From assembly GCA_963841435.1 (NCBI GenBank), contig CAWJCS010000005.1, positions 320,001-384,000 of the forward strand: DNA of 64,000 nt, given 5' to 3'. Source of the DNA: an uncultured delta proteobacterium. GTDB taxonomy: Bacteria > Myxococcota_A > Polyangia > Polyangiales > Polyangiaceae. Positions 21,703 to 34,745 of this stretch are shown one piece after another. Both the position numbers and the translations under genes were made by a program. Below the pieces are notes generated by a model. The model made no database searches. It saw nothing but the letters and a program-made list of their open reading frames with translations, and was not told the origin of the DNA. How positions within the stretch are numbered: position 1 is the stretch's first letter; each line of letters starts with the position of its first letter.

Positions 21703-21803
21703 ATGCAGGGGGCGGCTACGGTGGGGGGCGACCTCGCTCGACAGAGCTCCCGCGCGCAAGCGATGCACCCTGGCCCGGATGCGCCGCAAGCTCTGCGCGC
21801 GGC

Positions 21804-22737
21804 TCAGTTTCGCTGATCCAGGTTGCCACCCGACAGCAGGATGTCAGCAAGCGCGTTGACGACCGTGACGTCGTCGATGTCCGTGTTCCTGTCGAAGTCG
21901 CGGTAGAGCGGCACGAACGCGAAACCCCCGAAGCGATTGTTCTGAAAGACCAGCGGGTCCGCATTCGCGCTCGGCTCGGAGACGTGCACGGTGCGGCCGA
22001 CGCGGATCAGGTTGTCGAGGTAGATCCCCCCGCCGAGGACGATGCCGTAGCCGACGTTGGAAAAGCCGGACCACGCGATGTCGATGACGTTGCCGTCAAC
22101 GTATTGAGCGCCCGTGATGCCGGTCTCGAGGTTCACGGGCGGGCGCGGCGGAAAGTTGCCTGGCGCGAAGAGCGGGCAGGTCGCCTCGTCGTAACCGGAC
22201 ACCCTGTTCAAAGAGACGCGACCACCGTTGGCGATGCCCGTGGAGGTCGGCGTGCAGGAGCCGCTGATCGTATTGCGATCGACGTACCTCCCGCCGACAA
22301 CGCCGGTTCCCCTGCGAGAGCAGGCGAACTCACAGTACGTGGCAGGGCTCAGTGGCCGCGCGTAAATCGTGTTGCGACTGACCCGGGCGCAGGTCGTGGA
22401 GGAGCACTCTACCCCGTAGAGCTTCGGCCGCGACGGGACCAGAGGGTTCAACACCTCGGCGCTGATGGAGCCATTCTCGGATACCGTGCAGCGACTCGGT
22501 GTCCCGCCGTAAGATTCGCAAACGATACCCACCGTCGGAAAGTCGATCTGGGCGGAAGCCCAGGCCGAGATCACCGCATTCGAATCCCGCTTCGCCGCCA
22601 TCCGGTCCCTTACCGGCACCGCCAGCGACGGCCGAGGGCGCGGCGGGGCCCGTGACCTGGTCGTCACCGCAGCCGAGCGCGAGCGCCAGGCATACGGCCC
22701 CAAAGGCGACCAGCCTGCCAGGCGGACTCAACCTCAC
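21804..22737 (-). CDS. Hypothetical Cys-containing lipoprotein; frameshift near 22560
   Basis: LALGC lipobox in ORF 22330-22737, continuing in ORF 21804-22703. Confidence 0.5.
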
Positions 22738-22934
22738 GAATACTCAATTGTACGCCCGCGTCGCGCATGATCACAGTGGGTTTCGGGAGCCGGGCCAGGC
22801 TGGTGCTCGACCGCGGTGGCGCCCCCTGGGACAGTCCCATGGGACAGACGCGCCGGGCCTCCCCGATCCGTTGAATTTCAGGGCGAATTCGTGCGGCGGC
22901 GGGCGGCGCGGGACTTGCACCGAGCTCGGTCGCC

Positions 22935-24425
22935 ATGAGTCATCCCACTCTGATTGAAAGCGAGCCCCTGACACCGCGCAGGCGAACGTACCGAGAAATC
23001 GAGAGCGACGGCATCGACGTCCAAGCGGTTCGACGGCACTTCCCGTTCGTCGAGCGGGGCCGCATCGCGACGAACAACGCCGCGAGCACGCAGGTACCTC
23101 TCGAGCTCGTCGAGCTCCTGCAGTCGCTCGCGCCCGGCTACGAGAACGTCCACCGCGGTCAGTCGGCGGCGTCACGAAACATGAGCGCGCTGCTCGACGA
23201 TGCGTACGAGACGATGGCGCAGTTCGTCAACGCGGAGAGCCGCAAGAGCATCGCCATTTATCGCAACACCACCGAGGCCATCAACGCGGTCATGTACTCC
23301 CTGCTCGGCGAGCTCCGCGATGGAGACAACATCGTTACCACCTTGCTCGAGCACAACTCGAACTACGTGCCGTGGTACGCCCTCTGCCGCGAAATTCTGC
23401 CGCGTTTCGGCATCCGGGTCGAATGTCGGCTCGCGCGCTTCGATCAGCGAGGCAAGCTCGATCTTTCGCATCTCGCCGAGCTAATCGATTCGCGAACGAA
23501 GCTCGTCAGTGTCACGGGGGCGTCGAACTTCTTCGGCAGCAAGACGCCGCTTCACAGCGCCGGCGAGCTCGCACGCGGCAGCGGCTATCGCCAGCCGAGC
23601 GGCGTCCGGGGATCGCTGTTCGTCGTGGACGGCGCGCAGCTCGCACCGAGCTCGGCCGTCGACGTGCGAGCGCTCGACGTCGACTACTTCGCCTTCTCGA
23701 TGCACAAGATGCTGGCACCGTTCGGCGTGGGCGTGCTCTACGGCAAGGAAGAGCTCTTGCGCGACGCTCGCCCGTTCTTGTACGGCGGCGACATGATCGC
23801 GGAGGGGCAGGTCTCGCCCGAGCGCGTGGAGTACGGCCCGCTACCGTGGAAGTTCAGCGCAGGCACCCCCAACATCCTCGGTTCCATCGTTTCCGCAGAA
23901 GCGGTGCGGCTCTTGCTCGATCTTTCGCTCCACCCCACCGAGCATCGCTACTTCGGCACACGGGCCCGCCTCGAGCGCGCCGCCGTGGAGCGCGCCATGG
24001 ACCGCATCGGCAAACACACGCGCGCCCTCACCGCGCTTGCGTTGACCGAGCTCGGAAAGATCCCGGGTCTCACGGTGTACGGCCCGGCCGATGCGTCGCA
24101 ACGCACGCCGCTCGTGGCGTTCAATGTGTCGGGCCTCGATCCGATCCGGCTCTCCGAGGCCCTCGATGCGCGTGGCGTCGAGGCGCGCGGCGGCTGCCAC
24201 TGTGCAACGCTCGCCCACCGCGAGCTCGGGCTCGATCCGCCGGCGAGCTGCCGCCTGAGCTTCTATCTTTACAACACGACGAGGGACGTGGAGCTCGCGG
24301 TCGAGGCGGTGCGCGACGCCGTGGCCGAAGCCCGGCGCGGTTCGGGTCCGGTCAGGTCGCTCCGCCAGCACGGCACGCGGCAACGCCCGCCGTCCGTCGC
24401 CTTCGCTCGCGCGCAGGAACGCTGA
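22935..24425 (+). CDS. Cysteine desulfurase-like PLP enzyme (class V aminotransferase, SufS-like)
   Basis: NNAASTQ, NVHRG, EHNSN, VDGAQ, SMHKMLAP (PLP Lys), AGTPN, RGGCHCA. Confidence 0.88.
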   Translation: MSHPTLIESEPLTPRRRTYREIESDGIDVQAVRRHFPFVERGRIATNNAASTQVPLELVELLQSLAPGYENVHRGQSAASRNMSALLDDAYETMAQFVNAESRKSIAIYRNTTEAINAVMYSLLGELRDGDNIVTTLLEHNSNYVPWYALCREILPRFGIRVECRLARFDQRGKLDLSHLAELIDSRTKLVSVTGASNFFGSKTPLHSAGELARGSGYRQPSGVRGSLFVVDGAQLAPSSAVDVRALDVDYFAFSMHKMLAPFGVGVLYGKEELLRDARPFLYGGDMIAEGQVSPERVEYGPLPWKFSAGTPNILGSIVSAEAVRLLLDLSLHPTEHRYFGTRARLERAAVERAMDRIGKHTRALTALALTELGKIPGLTVYGPADASQRTPLVAFNVSGLDPIRLSEALDARGVEARGGCHCATLAHRELGLDPPASCRLSFYLYNTTRDVELAVEAVRDAVAEARRGSGPVRSLRQHGTRQRPPSVAFARAQER

Positions 24426-24467
24426 CACTTGTATCGGCAGGTCGGCGGCGGGAGACTCGCCCGAGCG

Positions 24468-25872
<1,405 letters not shown>

Positions 25873-25963
25873 GCTCGACCACCGACGGCCTTGCGGGCGA
25901 GCCTCCGTGAGGCGAGGTTGACGCGCCCGGTCCGCTCAGGTCCCCTGCCCTCGCCCTCGCTCC

Positions 25964-26719
25964 ATGCAAGAACCCGACGCTCCTTACGAGCTCATCTACT
26001 GGCCGGGCATCCCCGGGCGCGGCGAATTCGTGCGGCTCGCGTTCGAGCTCGCTGGCGTGCCGTACACCGATCTCGCGCGCCGCGGTGAGGATGAAGGTGG
26101 AGGTGTCGCCGCCGTGAGAAAGGCCCTCGCACCCTCGAGCGCGACCCTCACTCCGTTCGCCGTGCCCGCGTTGCGCCACGGCGAACGGCTGATCGCCCAC
26201 ACCGCCGCCATCTTGCAGTACCTCGGACCGCGTCTCGGCCTCGTGCCGGGCGACGAGGACAGCCGGCTCCGCGCCCATCAGCTGCAGCTCACCATCAGCG
26301 ATTTCGCCGCCGAAACGCACGACGTTCACCACCCGATCGCGGCGTCGCTTTACTACGAAGACCAGAAGAAAGAAGCGCTCCGCCGCGCGCCCATCTACGT
26401 GAACGAGCGGCTCCCGAAATTCCTTCGCTACTTCGAGCACGCGCTCGACTCCAACCCGGCGGGCGGCGGCGTGCGGCTCGTCGGGTCGAAGCCGAGCTAC
26501 CCGGATCTCTCGCTCTTTCACCTGATCGGGGGGCTTCGCTACGCGTTTCCCCGCGCCACGGCGCGCCACGAGGCAGCGTTGCCGCGTCTTCTGGCGCTCC
26601 ACTCCGCCGTCGCGGCGGAGCCGCGCATCAGGGCGTATCTCTCGGGGGAGCGGTGGCTCGGGTTCAATCAGCACGGCCTGTTTCGCTACTACCCCGAGCT
26701 CGACGCCGACCCCGCGTGA
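25964..26719 (+). CDS. Glutathione S-transferase
   Basis: YWPGIPGRGEFVRL, PFAVPAL, SYPDLSLF. Confidence 0.88.
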   Translation: MQEPDAPYELIYWPGIPGRGEFVRLAFELAGVPYTDLARRGEDEGGGVAAVRKALAPSSATLTPFAVPALRHGERLIAHTAAILQYLGPRLGLVPGDEDSRLRAHQLQLTISDFAAETHDVHHPIAASLYYEDQKKEALRRAPIYVNERLPKFLRYFEHALDSNPAGGGVRLVGSKPSYPDLSLFHLIGGLRYAFPRATARHEAALPRLLALHSAVAAEPRIRAYLSGERWLGFNQHGLFRYYPELDADPA

Positions 26720-26771
26720 CCCTGCTCGGCGGCGCGGGCGCGCGGAGCACCCGCGTGCGGCTCCACCGAGG

Positions 26772-27353
26772 CTAGCGCTTCGTTCGGACCGGCGGGGCAC
26801 GCGGGGGAAGGTCGCTGCGAATTGCGGCCAGCAGCGCGTGCCGCGTGACCTTTCCGGGCGCGCTGCGGCTCCGCTTGCCGGGCGCCGTGACGTCGTTGAC
26901 CGGGACGGACGCTGGAGCCTGCTTGGCTGGCGTGGGCTTCGCGGGCGGCTCGTCGAGCACGCTTTCTTCCACGAGCGAGGCCAGTGGGCCGACGGCCTCG
27001 TCCTCGCAAGGCGCGACGGATTGGCGGGGGCGTGTGCCCGACGCTGGCTCCGCGAGTGCTGTGCTCGATGGGGGGAGCGCCCCCGCCGTCGCCGTTACCT
27101 CGTCGATCGGCGAGCGATGAAACCACGCCGACGCGAACACGAGGGCCGACACCACCGCGAGAGCCGTGACGCCCATCGCCACGGGGGGCAAGAAGCGGGC
27201 ACGCCTGTCGGCGCGGAGGTCGTCAATCGCCGCGTCCGCGTGGTCCGCCTCACCCTCGAGCGTGACGGGGCGCAAGCTGTTGGCGCCCTCGAGCCCGTCG
27301 GTCCCGCGGAAGAAAGTCTCCTCCGTTTCGTCGAAGGCAGCGTCCGGCTTCAT
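26772..27353 (-). CDS. Hypothetical single-TM protein
   Basis: 193-aa ORF with one hydrophobic segment. Confidence 0.5.
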   Translation of the reverse strand: MKPDAAFDETEETFFRGTDGLEGANSLRPVTLEGEADHADAAIDDLRADRRARFLPPVAMGVTALAVVSALVFASAWFHRSPIDEVTATAGALPPSSTALAEPASGTRPRQSVAPCEDEAVGPLASLVEESVLDEPPAKPTPAKQAPASVPVNDVTAPGKRSRSAPGKVTRHALLAAIRSDLPPRAPPVRTKR

Positions 27354-27481
27354 CCCAAGGGAGTGCCCTCTTGGCGGCTCGAGCAGGCAGGCTCAGGCGC
27401 GTGCTGCTCGCCCGCCCAGTGCTCGGCGTCGGGAACCCATTCGTGACGCAAGCGCGACACGAGCGGCGACGACGCTTGCAT

Positions 27482-28012
27482 TCAGACGGTTGACGCGTCC
27501 GCTTGCCGATGTCGGCGCTCCAACCGCAGCGCATCGACCAGGCGGTCGACGAGCGCCGCCACCTCGCGCTCGAAGCCGGGACCCAGCGCGATGGGCTCGC
27601 CGCCGACAATCACCGCGCTCACGGCGCCGAGCGTCTGGGCCAGCGCCTGCAAGCCGCGGCGCCCTCGCTCGCTTGCAGGCACGGCGGCCGTGATGGCGAC
27701 GACCTTGCCCTCGAGCTCGCCGGAGCCGATCACCCAGTCGATCGCGTTCTTCAGCACACCCGGCAGGCTGTGACCGTATTCGGGACAGGCGATGAGGACC
27801 GCGTCGCTCGCGGCGAGCTCACGCCGCCAGGCGACGACTGGCTCGGGCGTTTCGCCCCGTGCTTCGAGGTCGGGATCGAAGTGCGGGAGCAAGCCGATGC
27901 CCTCGAACACTCGCACTTCGACGGAGCCTTTTCTTGATGCCGCCGCCACGCGCAAGAGCGCACGGTTCTTCGAGCCCTGTTGCAGGCTCCCGGAAAGAGC
28001 GAGCAGTCGCAT
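27482..28012 (-). CDS. NADPH-dependent FMN reductase
   Basis: ALSGSLQQGSKN and PEYGHSLPGVLKNAIDW. Confidence 0.88.
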   Translation of the reverse strand: MRLLALSGSLQQGSKNRALLRVAAASRKGSVEVRVFEGIGLLPHFDPDLEARGETPEPVVAWRRELAASDAVLIACPEYGHSLPGVLKNAIDWVIGSGELEGKVVAITAAVPASERGRRGLQALAQTLGAVSAVIVGGEPIALGPGFEREVAALVDRLVDALRLERRHRQADASTV

Positions 28013-28145
28013 GGGCAGAGGTGTTGGTCCCTGGGCGAGATTGTCAATCCATCTTGCCGTGAAACCAGCACCCGACGACCCGCGTAAACCACCTGAAGCA
28101 TCGTTCGCTCGGCCGACTTTCGTCTCGAGGAGCCCACGTGAAGTC

Positions 28146-29808
28146 ATGCTGAGCCGTTTGGCGCTGGTTCTGTCCCTCGGGGTGGTTCCGTTCGGTTGCG
28201 GTCAGGACCGACAGGACCACGGGGAACCGAGCACGGGTGGAAGCGGGGCGCGCGGCGGAACGTCCGGGGGCGACCGGAATTCGCAAGGGGGCGTCGCCGG
28301 GGGTGGCAAGGCGGGGGCTGCGGCAACGGCGGGCGGTGGCGATGCGGACGCAGGGATGGCGGGCGAGGGCGCGGCGGCAGCGGGAGGCACGGCAGGTAGC
28401 GCCGGCCGCGGCTCGTCCGGCGGGGGAACGGGTGGGAGCGATGGCGGTGCTTCCGGATCCGACGAGGGAGGGTCCGCCGGCGAGGATGTCGCCGATGCGG
28501 GAGCTTCCGGAAGCGCCGACAACGCGACCGCTCTGATCCCGGGTTGGTCCGTTCGTAAGATCGTGCGGACGGAGCGCGGGAAGGAGCTCGTGCTCGAAGA
28601 GGTGCTGCAGAGCTTCCTCGAGGCAGCCGCCGGCAAGACGCGCATGCGCGAGCTCGGCGTCAACCTGCAAGACGTGCACGTCTGGACGGCGCCGGAGGGC
28701 AGCTACATCTCCGATTTCGCGCGGCATCCCTCCGGTGACATTTCGGCGGTGCTCATCGCCGACGACAGGACCCTGGCGATCGTGAGGCTCGGTCCGGACC
28801 TGTCGCTGCGTTCGACCGCGGCTCTCCACGACCCCGACATGGCGGACGACCCTCACCACCTCGTGGACGTAACGGATATCGTGGCGAGCGGATTTCCGCC
28901 GGACGCGGCCCGAGTCGGCGCTGTCGGCGAAACGGCAGCGGTCGCGGTCCTCTCGTCCGAAAATTCCCTGATTCTCTACCGCTCGAGCTTCGACGGCCTC
29001 GGCTGGTCCGCGCCGGCACGCACCTTGATCGAGCCTGCGACTGGGCTCACGCCGTTCTTGCCGATCGGTGGCAGCTTCGACACCTTCAACGCGATCACGG
29101 ACTGGTTCCGCCCTGCGCTCAACGTCGACGAGGCGGGGAACGTCTACGTCGCGATCTGGGCCGGCCAGAAGCGGCTGCCGTCGCACGAGGACGTGTTCCA
29201 TGACGGGCTCGTGCCGCTGCCCCCTGACCCCGCGGCGCCGCTCTTACAGCATTCGGATCTCCTGCTCACCAAAACGACCCCGGAAGGAGAACGCCTCTTT
29301 TCGCGCGTCGTTGGCACGGAGCACGAGGACGAGCCCTACGCGATCCGCGCGCACGGCGGATTCGTCGCGGTCGTGGGGCGCGCGCGGCGGTTTCCCGGCC
29401 AGGACAACACGATCTGGGACGCGCTCTTCAGCGTGAGCACCGCCGACGGCAACCTCGTCGGCACGCGCACCATCCCACTGAACGCGTCGGGCATCCTGCT
29501 CGCCGTCGACGCGCTCCCGGAGGGCGGCTGGCTGCTCGGGGGGAGCGACGGCTGGTCGCAGAACCCGGACGGGCTCAGCGTGCTCACGAACGGAACCAAG
29601 CTCCTTCTGGAGCTCCCTGCCTTCGACGCCGTGCCGCTGCGAGACGGGCTCCCGGCGGGCCCGCGACACAACGAGAATCCGCGCCGTCGTCGCGGAGCCC
29701 GGGCGGCTCTTTTTCGGCGGCCACGAAGACGGTCCCATCATGCACACCGGCGACGGCGACCGGAGCCAGATCCACTCGACCGGCGTGCTTGGCTTTTCGT
29801 CACGGTAG
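28146..29808 (+). CDS. Hypothetical lipoprotein with Gly linker; frameshift near 29675
   Basis: VVPFGC lipobox, Gly-rich linker, globular domain; plausible C-terminus ...GVLGFSSR* in a shifted frame. Confidence 0.6.
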
Positions 29809-29835
29809 GTGCCGCGCGGCGGGTATAAGAGGCCC

Positions 29836-30333
29836 ATGGCCGACGCGGCGAACCGTCAGAAACCCGTCGTTCGGGGTGTGCTCGGCGCGAGTCACTTTGC
29901 GCTCGCTGCGGCGATTCCAGCGATGCGGGGCGCGCCGCTCGCCACGCTTGGCGCGCTGTCCTCGCGCTCGCTCGACAAGGCTCGGCAAGCGGCGGCTCGA
30001 GCCGGCGCCCCGCGTGCGTACGGCTCCTACGAAGAGCTCGTGGCCGATCCGGAGATCCCATTCAACGCCCCGCACGACCGGCCGTGTCGCGTGTTCGTCA
30101 ACGGCGGCGTCGCCGAAGCGCCGGACTTCACGGGCGCAAAGAGCTCGGACGAGCGGCGGGAGCTCTTGCCGCTCGAGCGTGCGAACCACTACACGCTGCA
30201 GTGGCAAGCCTTCTCGGAAGCGATCCGCAACGGCACGTCCGTCGAGAACGACATCGAGAGCGCCGTCGCCAACGCCCGCGTCACCGAGGCGGTCTTTCGT
30301 TCGGCCGATTCCCAGCGCTGGGAAGCCGTTTAG
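29836..30333 (+). pseudogene. Gfo/Idh/MocA oxidoreductase with a large internal deletion
   Basis: N-terminal YGSYEELVADPEI joined directly to C-terminal PFNAP...; the central EKP motif is absent. Confidence 0.7.
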
Positions 30334-30626
30334 GAGAACCGCTCGGGAAGCCAGGATGTCTCGCGACGAGCGACGCAAACCGGAACTTCGGCCTGCCGTT
30401 TTCGGACTTTCTTCGGGTCCGGGTCGCGATCGGCGGGAGTGGGGAGGCCTGACCCGTGCGGTGCGCCGCCCGTTGTTTTGCCGTCTGGTGATCGGCGGCT
30501 GACTTCTCGGGAATCGCGCTCTGTCCCGCTGTTCCGGGCGACAGTTGATCTCACTTCGCCGACCGGCGCAACTAGAAGACCATGCTGATCGGCACGCGGC
30601 GGCACCCGCCTCAGAGGAGCTCCTTC

Positions 30627-32150
30627 ATGAGTCAGGTTCGACGCCCTGCCTTCGGTGGCCTTGCCGCATCCATCGGTCTCCTTTCGGCGGCGCCCGCGCA
30701 GGCCGCCTCGTTGCAGAAGGTGAACAACTGGGGGGCCAGCGGGGTGCCGGCGACCGCCAGCATGTACATCTACGTGCCAGACCAGGTCGCCGCGAAGCCG
30801 CCCATTCTGGTGGTCGCGCACTATTGCGGCGGCACAGCATCTGCCGTTTTCGGTCAGGCGCAGGGCGGCGGCATCGTCAAGGCAGCCGACCAGTACGGCT
30901 TCATCATGGTCGTCCCACAGACGACCAACAACTGCTGGGACGTCGGTTCCACCAAATCCCTGACGCATGACGGCGGCGGCGAAACGCAGGCCGTCGCGCA
31001 AATGGTAAAATACGCGATCACGACGTACCAGGCGAACGCCGATCGCGTCTACATCACGGGTGACTCGTCGGGTGGCATGATGACGGAGGGGATGCTCGCC
31101 GTTTATCCGGACGTCTTCAAAGGCGGCTCCGAATTCGCGGGCGTGCCCGCCGGGTGCTGGGCGGTCGGCAACCCGGACGGCTCGTGGAGTGGCCAGTGCG
31201 CCGGCGGTCAGGTCACGCACACCGCTACGGAATGGGGCGACATGGTTCGCGCCATGTACCCGGGATACACCGGACATCGCCCGCGCGTGCAGCTCTTCCA
31301 CGGCGACGCCGACGGGACCATCAACTACAAGAACCATACGGAAGCCATCAAACAGTGGACGAACGTGCTCGGTCTGGGCACGGACCCGACTTCGACCGAC
31401 ACGGTCACTCTCGGGTCGCACCAAGCTACGCGACAGAGGTGGCAAAATTCGTGCGGCTACGTGGTTCTCGAGGCCTTCACGTCGATGGGTGGCGATCACG
31501 GGCCGTCCGACGCCATCTTCAACGCTTCGTTCGTCGTGCCCTTCCTGGGCCTCGACAAGACCGATGCCACGGACCCGGAAGTGGCAGCGTGCGACACGGG
31601 TGGAACGGGTGGCGCTGGAGGAACGGGCGGCGTGGCAGGCTCCGGAGGCGCCGGCAACGGCGGCGCGACGATGGGCGGCGCCACGAGCTCGGGTGGCACC
31701 GCCGGCAATGGCGGCGCGGCGACGGGAGGCGCCGCTGGAGCGGCTGGACTATCCGGCACGGGCGGCACCGTCGCGATGGGCGGCATGTCCGGCAACGGAG
31801 GCGCCGGCGCGATCGGCGGCAACCTCGGTGCGGGAGGAACTGCCGCCGCGGCTGGTGTCGGCGGTGTCGCGGGCACAACGTCCGGCGTGGGAGGAAGCAG
31901 CGGAAGTGGGTCCGGCGGCATGGCAACGGGCGGCTCGACCATGAACACGGGCGGCAGCAGCAATGCAGGCGGCCCCTCGGGAGCTGGTGCCGAAGGCAGC
32001 GGTGACGCGACGCCCGCGGACACGAGCGGTTGCTCCTGCACGGTCGTCGGCAAAAAGAGCACGCTCCCCGGCGCGCTCCCGCTCGCGCTCTCGCTCCTAC
32101 TCGTGCTTCGCAGGCGTCGCGCGTGTCGATCGCTGGATGTCGAGGGGTAG
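30627..32150 (+). CDS. PHB-depolymerase/acetyl xylan esterase-like (CE1) enzyme with MYXO-CTERM-type tail
   Basis: VAHYCGG, CWDV, ITGDSSGGMM (GxSxG), FHGDADGTI; Gly linker; GCSC + TM + RRRR. Confidence 0.85.
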   Translation: MSQVRRPAFGGLAASIGLLSAAPAQAASLQKVNNWGASGVPATASMYIYVPDQVAAKPPILVVAHYCGGTASAVFGQAQGGGIVKAADQYGFIMVVPQTTNNCWDVGSTKSLTHDGGGETQAVAQMVKYAITTYQANADRVYITGDSSGGMMTEGMLAVYPDVFKGGSEFAGVPAGCWAVGNPDGSWSGQCAGGQVTHTATEWGDMVRAMYPGYTGHRPRVQLFHGDADGTINYKNHTEAIKQWTNVLGLGTDPTSTDTVTLGSHQATRQRWQNSCGYVVLEAFTSMGGDHGPSDAIFNASFVVPFLGLDKTDATDPEVAACDTGGTGGAGGTGGVAGSGGAGNGGATMGGATSSGGTAGNGGAATGGAAGAAGLSGTGGTVAMGGMSGNGGAGAIGGNLGAGGTAAAAGVGGVAGTTSGVGGSSGSGSGGMATGGSTMNTGGSSNAGGPSGAGAEGSGDATPADTSGCSCTVVGKKSTLPGALPLALSLLLVLRRRRACRSLDVEG

Positions 32151-32882
32151 CCCGCAGAGGCTACCTCGGAACCTCTAGCGTATTCGCGGGAACAGTCCGA
32201 CCCAAAGCTCGGTCACGAGGTCGGCGTCGGACCGGCGAAAGCCGAGGGCCAAGCGCTCGTGCGCTAGGTCCGTCGTCACGTTCGGGTTGGACCGCACGTT
32301 GGCTCGTGGTACGCGATCGCGGAAACGGCGTAGCCGTCGAGCACGGCCTCGGCGTCCTCGGTCGGGGACCCCGAAACCGGCGGCAGCTTCAGCTCGAACC
32401 GCTCCAGCGTCGCGAGGTCGAGCGCGCTGACGGCGCTCCCGTCGTTCCACACCAGCGCTCCCGTCTGGGACTTCGACTTGAGCTGGCAGTCCGGCACCGA
32501 CACACGGGCGATGGCGGGCGCTGACACCGCCCCGTGCCGATCCGCAAACACCTCGAGCACTCCATCGCGGCAGACCCACGACTGCGCCGCACCGCCGGGT
32601 CCCGAGAAGAGCCCGTAGTCGTAGTGCCCGCCTGCGAGCGCAGCTCGGCGGTCCATCCGCAGCGATGAAGAGTCCGCGGGTGCCGGAGGGAGCTCCGGAG
32701 GAAGCGGCGCGACGGGTGGCTCCGGGCATCGATTGTGTCGCGCTCTGCCAAGACGATCCGTATTGCACCGGCGTCACCGACTACTTCTGGCTCGATGAGC
32801 CCGGCTTCGGCTGCTACCTCTACCGGTCGACGTGTGACGCGCCGACCATGCCGGATTGGGCCGAGGAGGACGGCGGCAAGGA

Positions 32883-33966
32883 CTACAAGAAGGTCTGTGA
32901 CGGCTGAGCTGGTAGGGCGTGCGTCGCGGGAGTGGTAGCCGGCGCGCGGGCGCTCCCGGATTGCTCCAAGCGATAGCGACCATGCGCGTCGAGATCGAGC
33001 GCATCCGGAGGCAGGTGAGCGAGTCCTTCCGCAGCGGCTTCGAGCAAGAGCTCGGGTGTCGGCAGGCGAAGCAAGCGTCGTGCGAGCATGCCACCGTCAG
33101 GCAGAGCGCGGCAGAGAAAGCCGAGGTGCTCCTTCAGTGGACCAGCGAGGCGCCCCGGAGGGCCGTCGAAATTGGCGCGCTGCACTCGTTCTAGTCGCTC
33201 GAGGTGTGAAACAACGTCCGCCCCGCTCGGAGCGAAGGGCTCGCGGCCGGCGCGCAAATCGTCAATCTGGCGAAAGATCCAGGGGTTTCTGAGCGCCGGC
33301 CGGCCGATCATCACCGCCGCACAGCCGGTCTCGTCGAGCATGCTGAGCGCATCGGCGGCGTACCAGAACGTCGCCGTTGCCGACGACCGGGATCGAGAGC
33401 TCACGCCGCAGCAACGCGATGATGCGCCAATCGGCGACGCCACGATAAAAGTCCACGCGGCGCCGCGGATGCACCGCGAGAAAATCCGCGCCCGAGCGTT
33501 CCACGGCGCGAGCATTCTCGAGCGCGCTGTCGGCGCTGTCGAAGCCGGCTCGAAGCTTTGCCGAGAACAGGCCGGGCACGGCCGCGCGAAGCGTCGTGAG
33601 CAGCGAAGCGAGCTCGCGAGGATCCTTGAGCAGCGCGGCGCCAACACCCTTCCTCGCCGCCGTCTTGGACGGACAGCCGAGGTTCACATCGACGACATCG
33701 GCCCCCGCAGCGGCCATCACCCCCGCGGCCTCCGCCATCAGCCCCGCATCGTTGCCCATGAGCTGCACGCTGAGCGCCACCCCCGGCGCCTTCTGCACCT
33801 GGCGCTCGAGGTGCCGGCGCGAAACCCGCTCACCCGAAACCCGCACGAACTCCGTGCACACGAGACCGAGCGGCCCGTACCCGGCAAGCAGGCCACGAAC
33901 CGGCTGGCTCGTTACCCCTTCCATCGGAGCGAGCACGAACGGCGGTTGGAAAGGGAAAGGGGCCAC
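32883..33966 (-). CDS. tRNA-dihydrouridine synthase family; frameshift near 33362
   Basis: LAPMEGVT, DVNLGCP, AVHPR, VVGNGD, VMIGR, NPWIF. Confidence 0.88.
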
Positions 33967-34094
33967 GGGAGACTCGATCCTGGCGCGACCTGTGCCGGGG
34001 GCCAAGCCCCACCGCGACGCGAGCACCAGGGTTGTGCCAAACGCCCGGTGGCACACGGACAAGATCGGCGAGCATTTGGTACGCTGCGTGCGGC

Positions 34095-34745
34095 ATGTCG
34101 CTTGCTGGTCGGATCGGTGTGGGCAAGAAGCTGCCGCTCGGGATTGCGTTCGCTTCGCTGATGGCGGGAGCGAGCTGTGGCGGCAAGGAGGTGCCCGGAA
34201 CGTCGCAGCAGGCAGGCGATAGCGGAGGTCCGAGCCGTGGTGGGGAGGGAGGCACCGCGACGGGCGGCGCCAGCGGGAGCGGCGGGTCGGCAGCCGCAGG
34301 GAGCGGAGCTGTCGGGGGTACTCCCGGCGTGGGGCAGGGCGGGCGGGGAGGAATGCTCGGCTCGGGCGCGCTCGGTGGTGCTGGAGTCGGTGGATTCGCG
34401 GGCGTGAGCGGAGCCGGGTACGCAGGCGTCGCCGGTACGGGGGGCTACAGTGGCAGCTACTTCTCGCAAGGATGCTACGGACCGGACGACACCACCGCCT
34501 GCATGCCGGCCTCGGCGACGCCTGGCCCGCAGGACTGCATGCCAGCGACGGCGGGCGCCGGGGGCGTCGCTGGTGTCAGCGGAACGCTGCCGGAAGCAGG
34601 GACGGCTGGTGAGGGCGGCGAAGCTGGCAGCCCTGCGCTCGACTGCCCCATGTGCGGGCCGTACATGTCGTTCTACACACAGGTAGGAGGCCCCACCAGC
34701 AGCGGCGACATGTGCTGCTACTCGTACCACTGCTTCATCCGCTGA
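34095..34745 (+). CDS. Gly-linker Cys-rich lipoprotein
   Basis: MAGASC lipobox, Gly-rich linker, C-terminal MCCYSYHC. Confidence 0.6.
   Translation: MSLAGRIGVGKKLPLGIAFASLMAGASCGGKEVPGTSQQAGDSGGPSRGGEGGTATGGASGSGGSAAAGSGAVGGTPGVGQGGRGGMLGSGALGGAGVGGFAGVSGAGYAGVAGTGGYSGSYFSQGCYGPDDTTACMPASATPGPQDCMPATAGAGGVAGVSGTLPEAGTAGEGGEAGSPALDCPMCGPYMSFYTQVGGPTSSGDMCCYSYHCFIR

Noticed and set aside
31600-32010. Gly-rich GGC repeats as mobile or repeat elements, here and in other lipoproteins
   Set aside because: In-frame flexible linkers between a domain and its membrane anchor.
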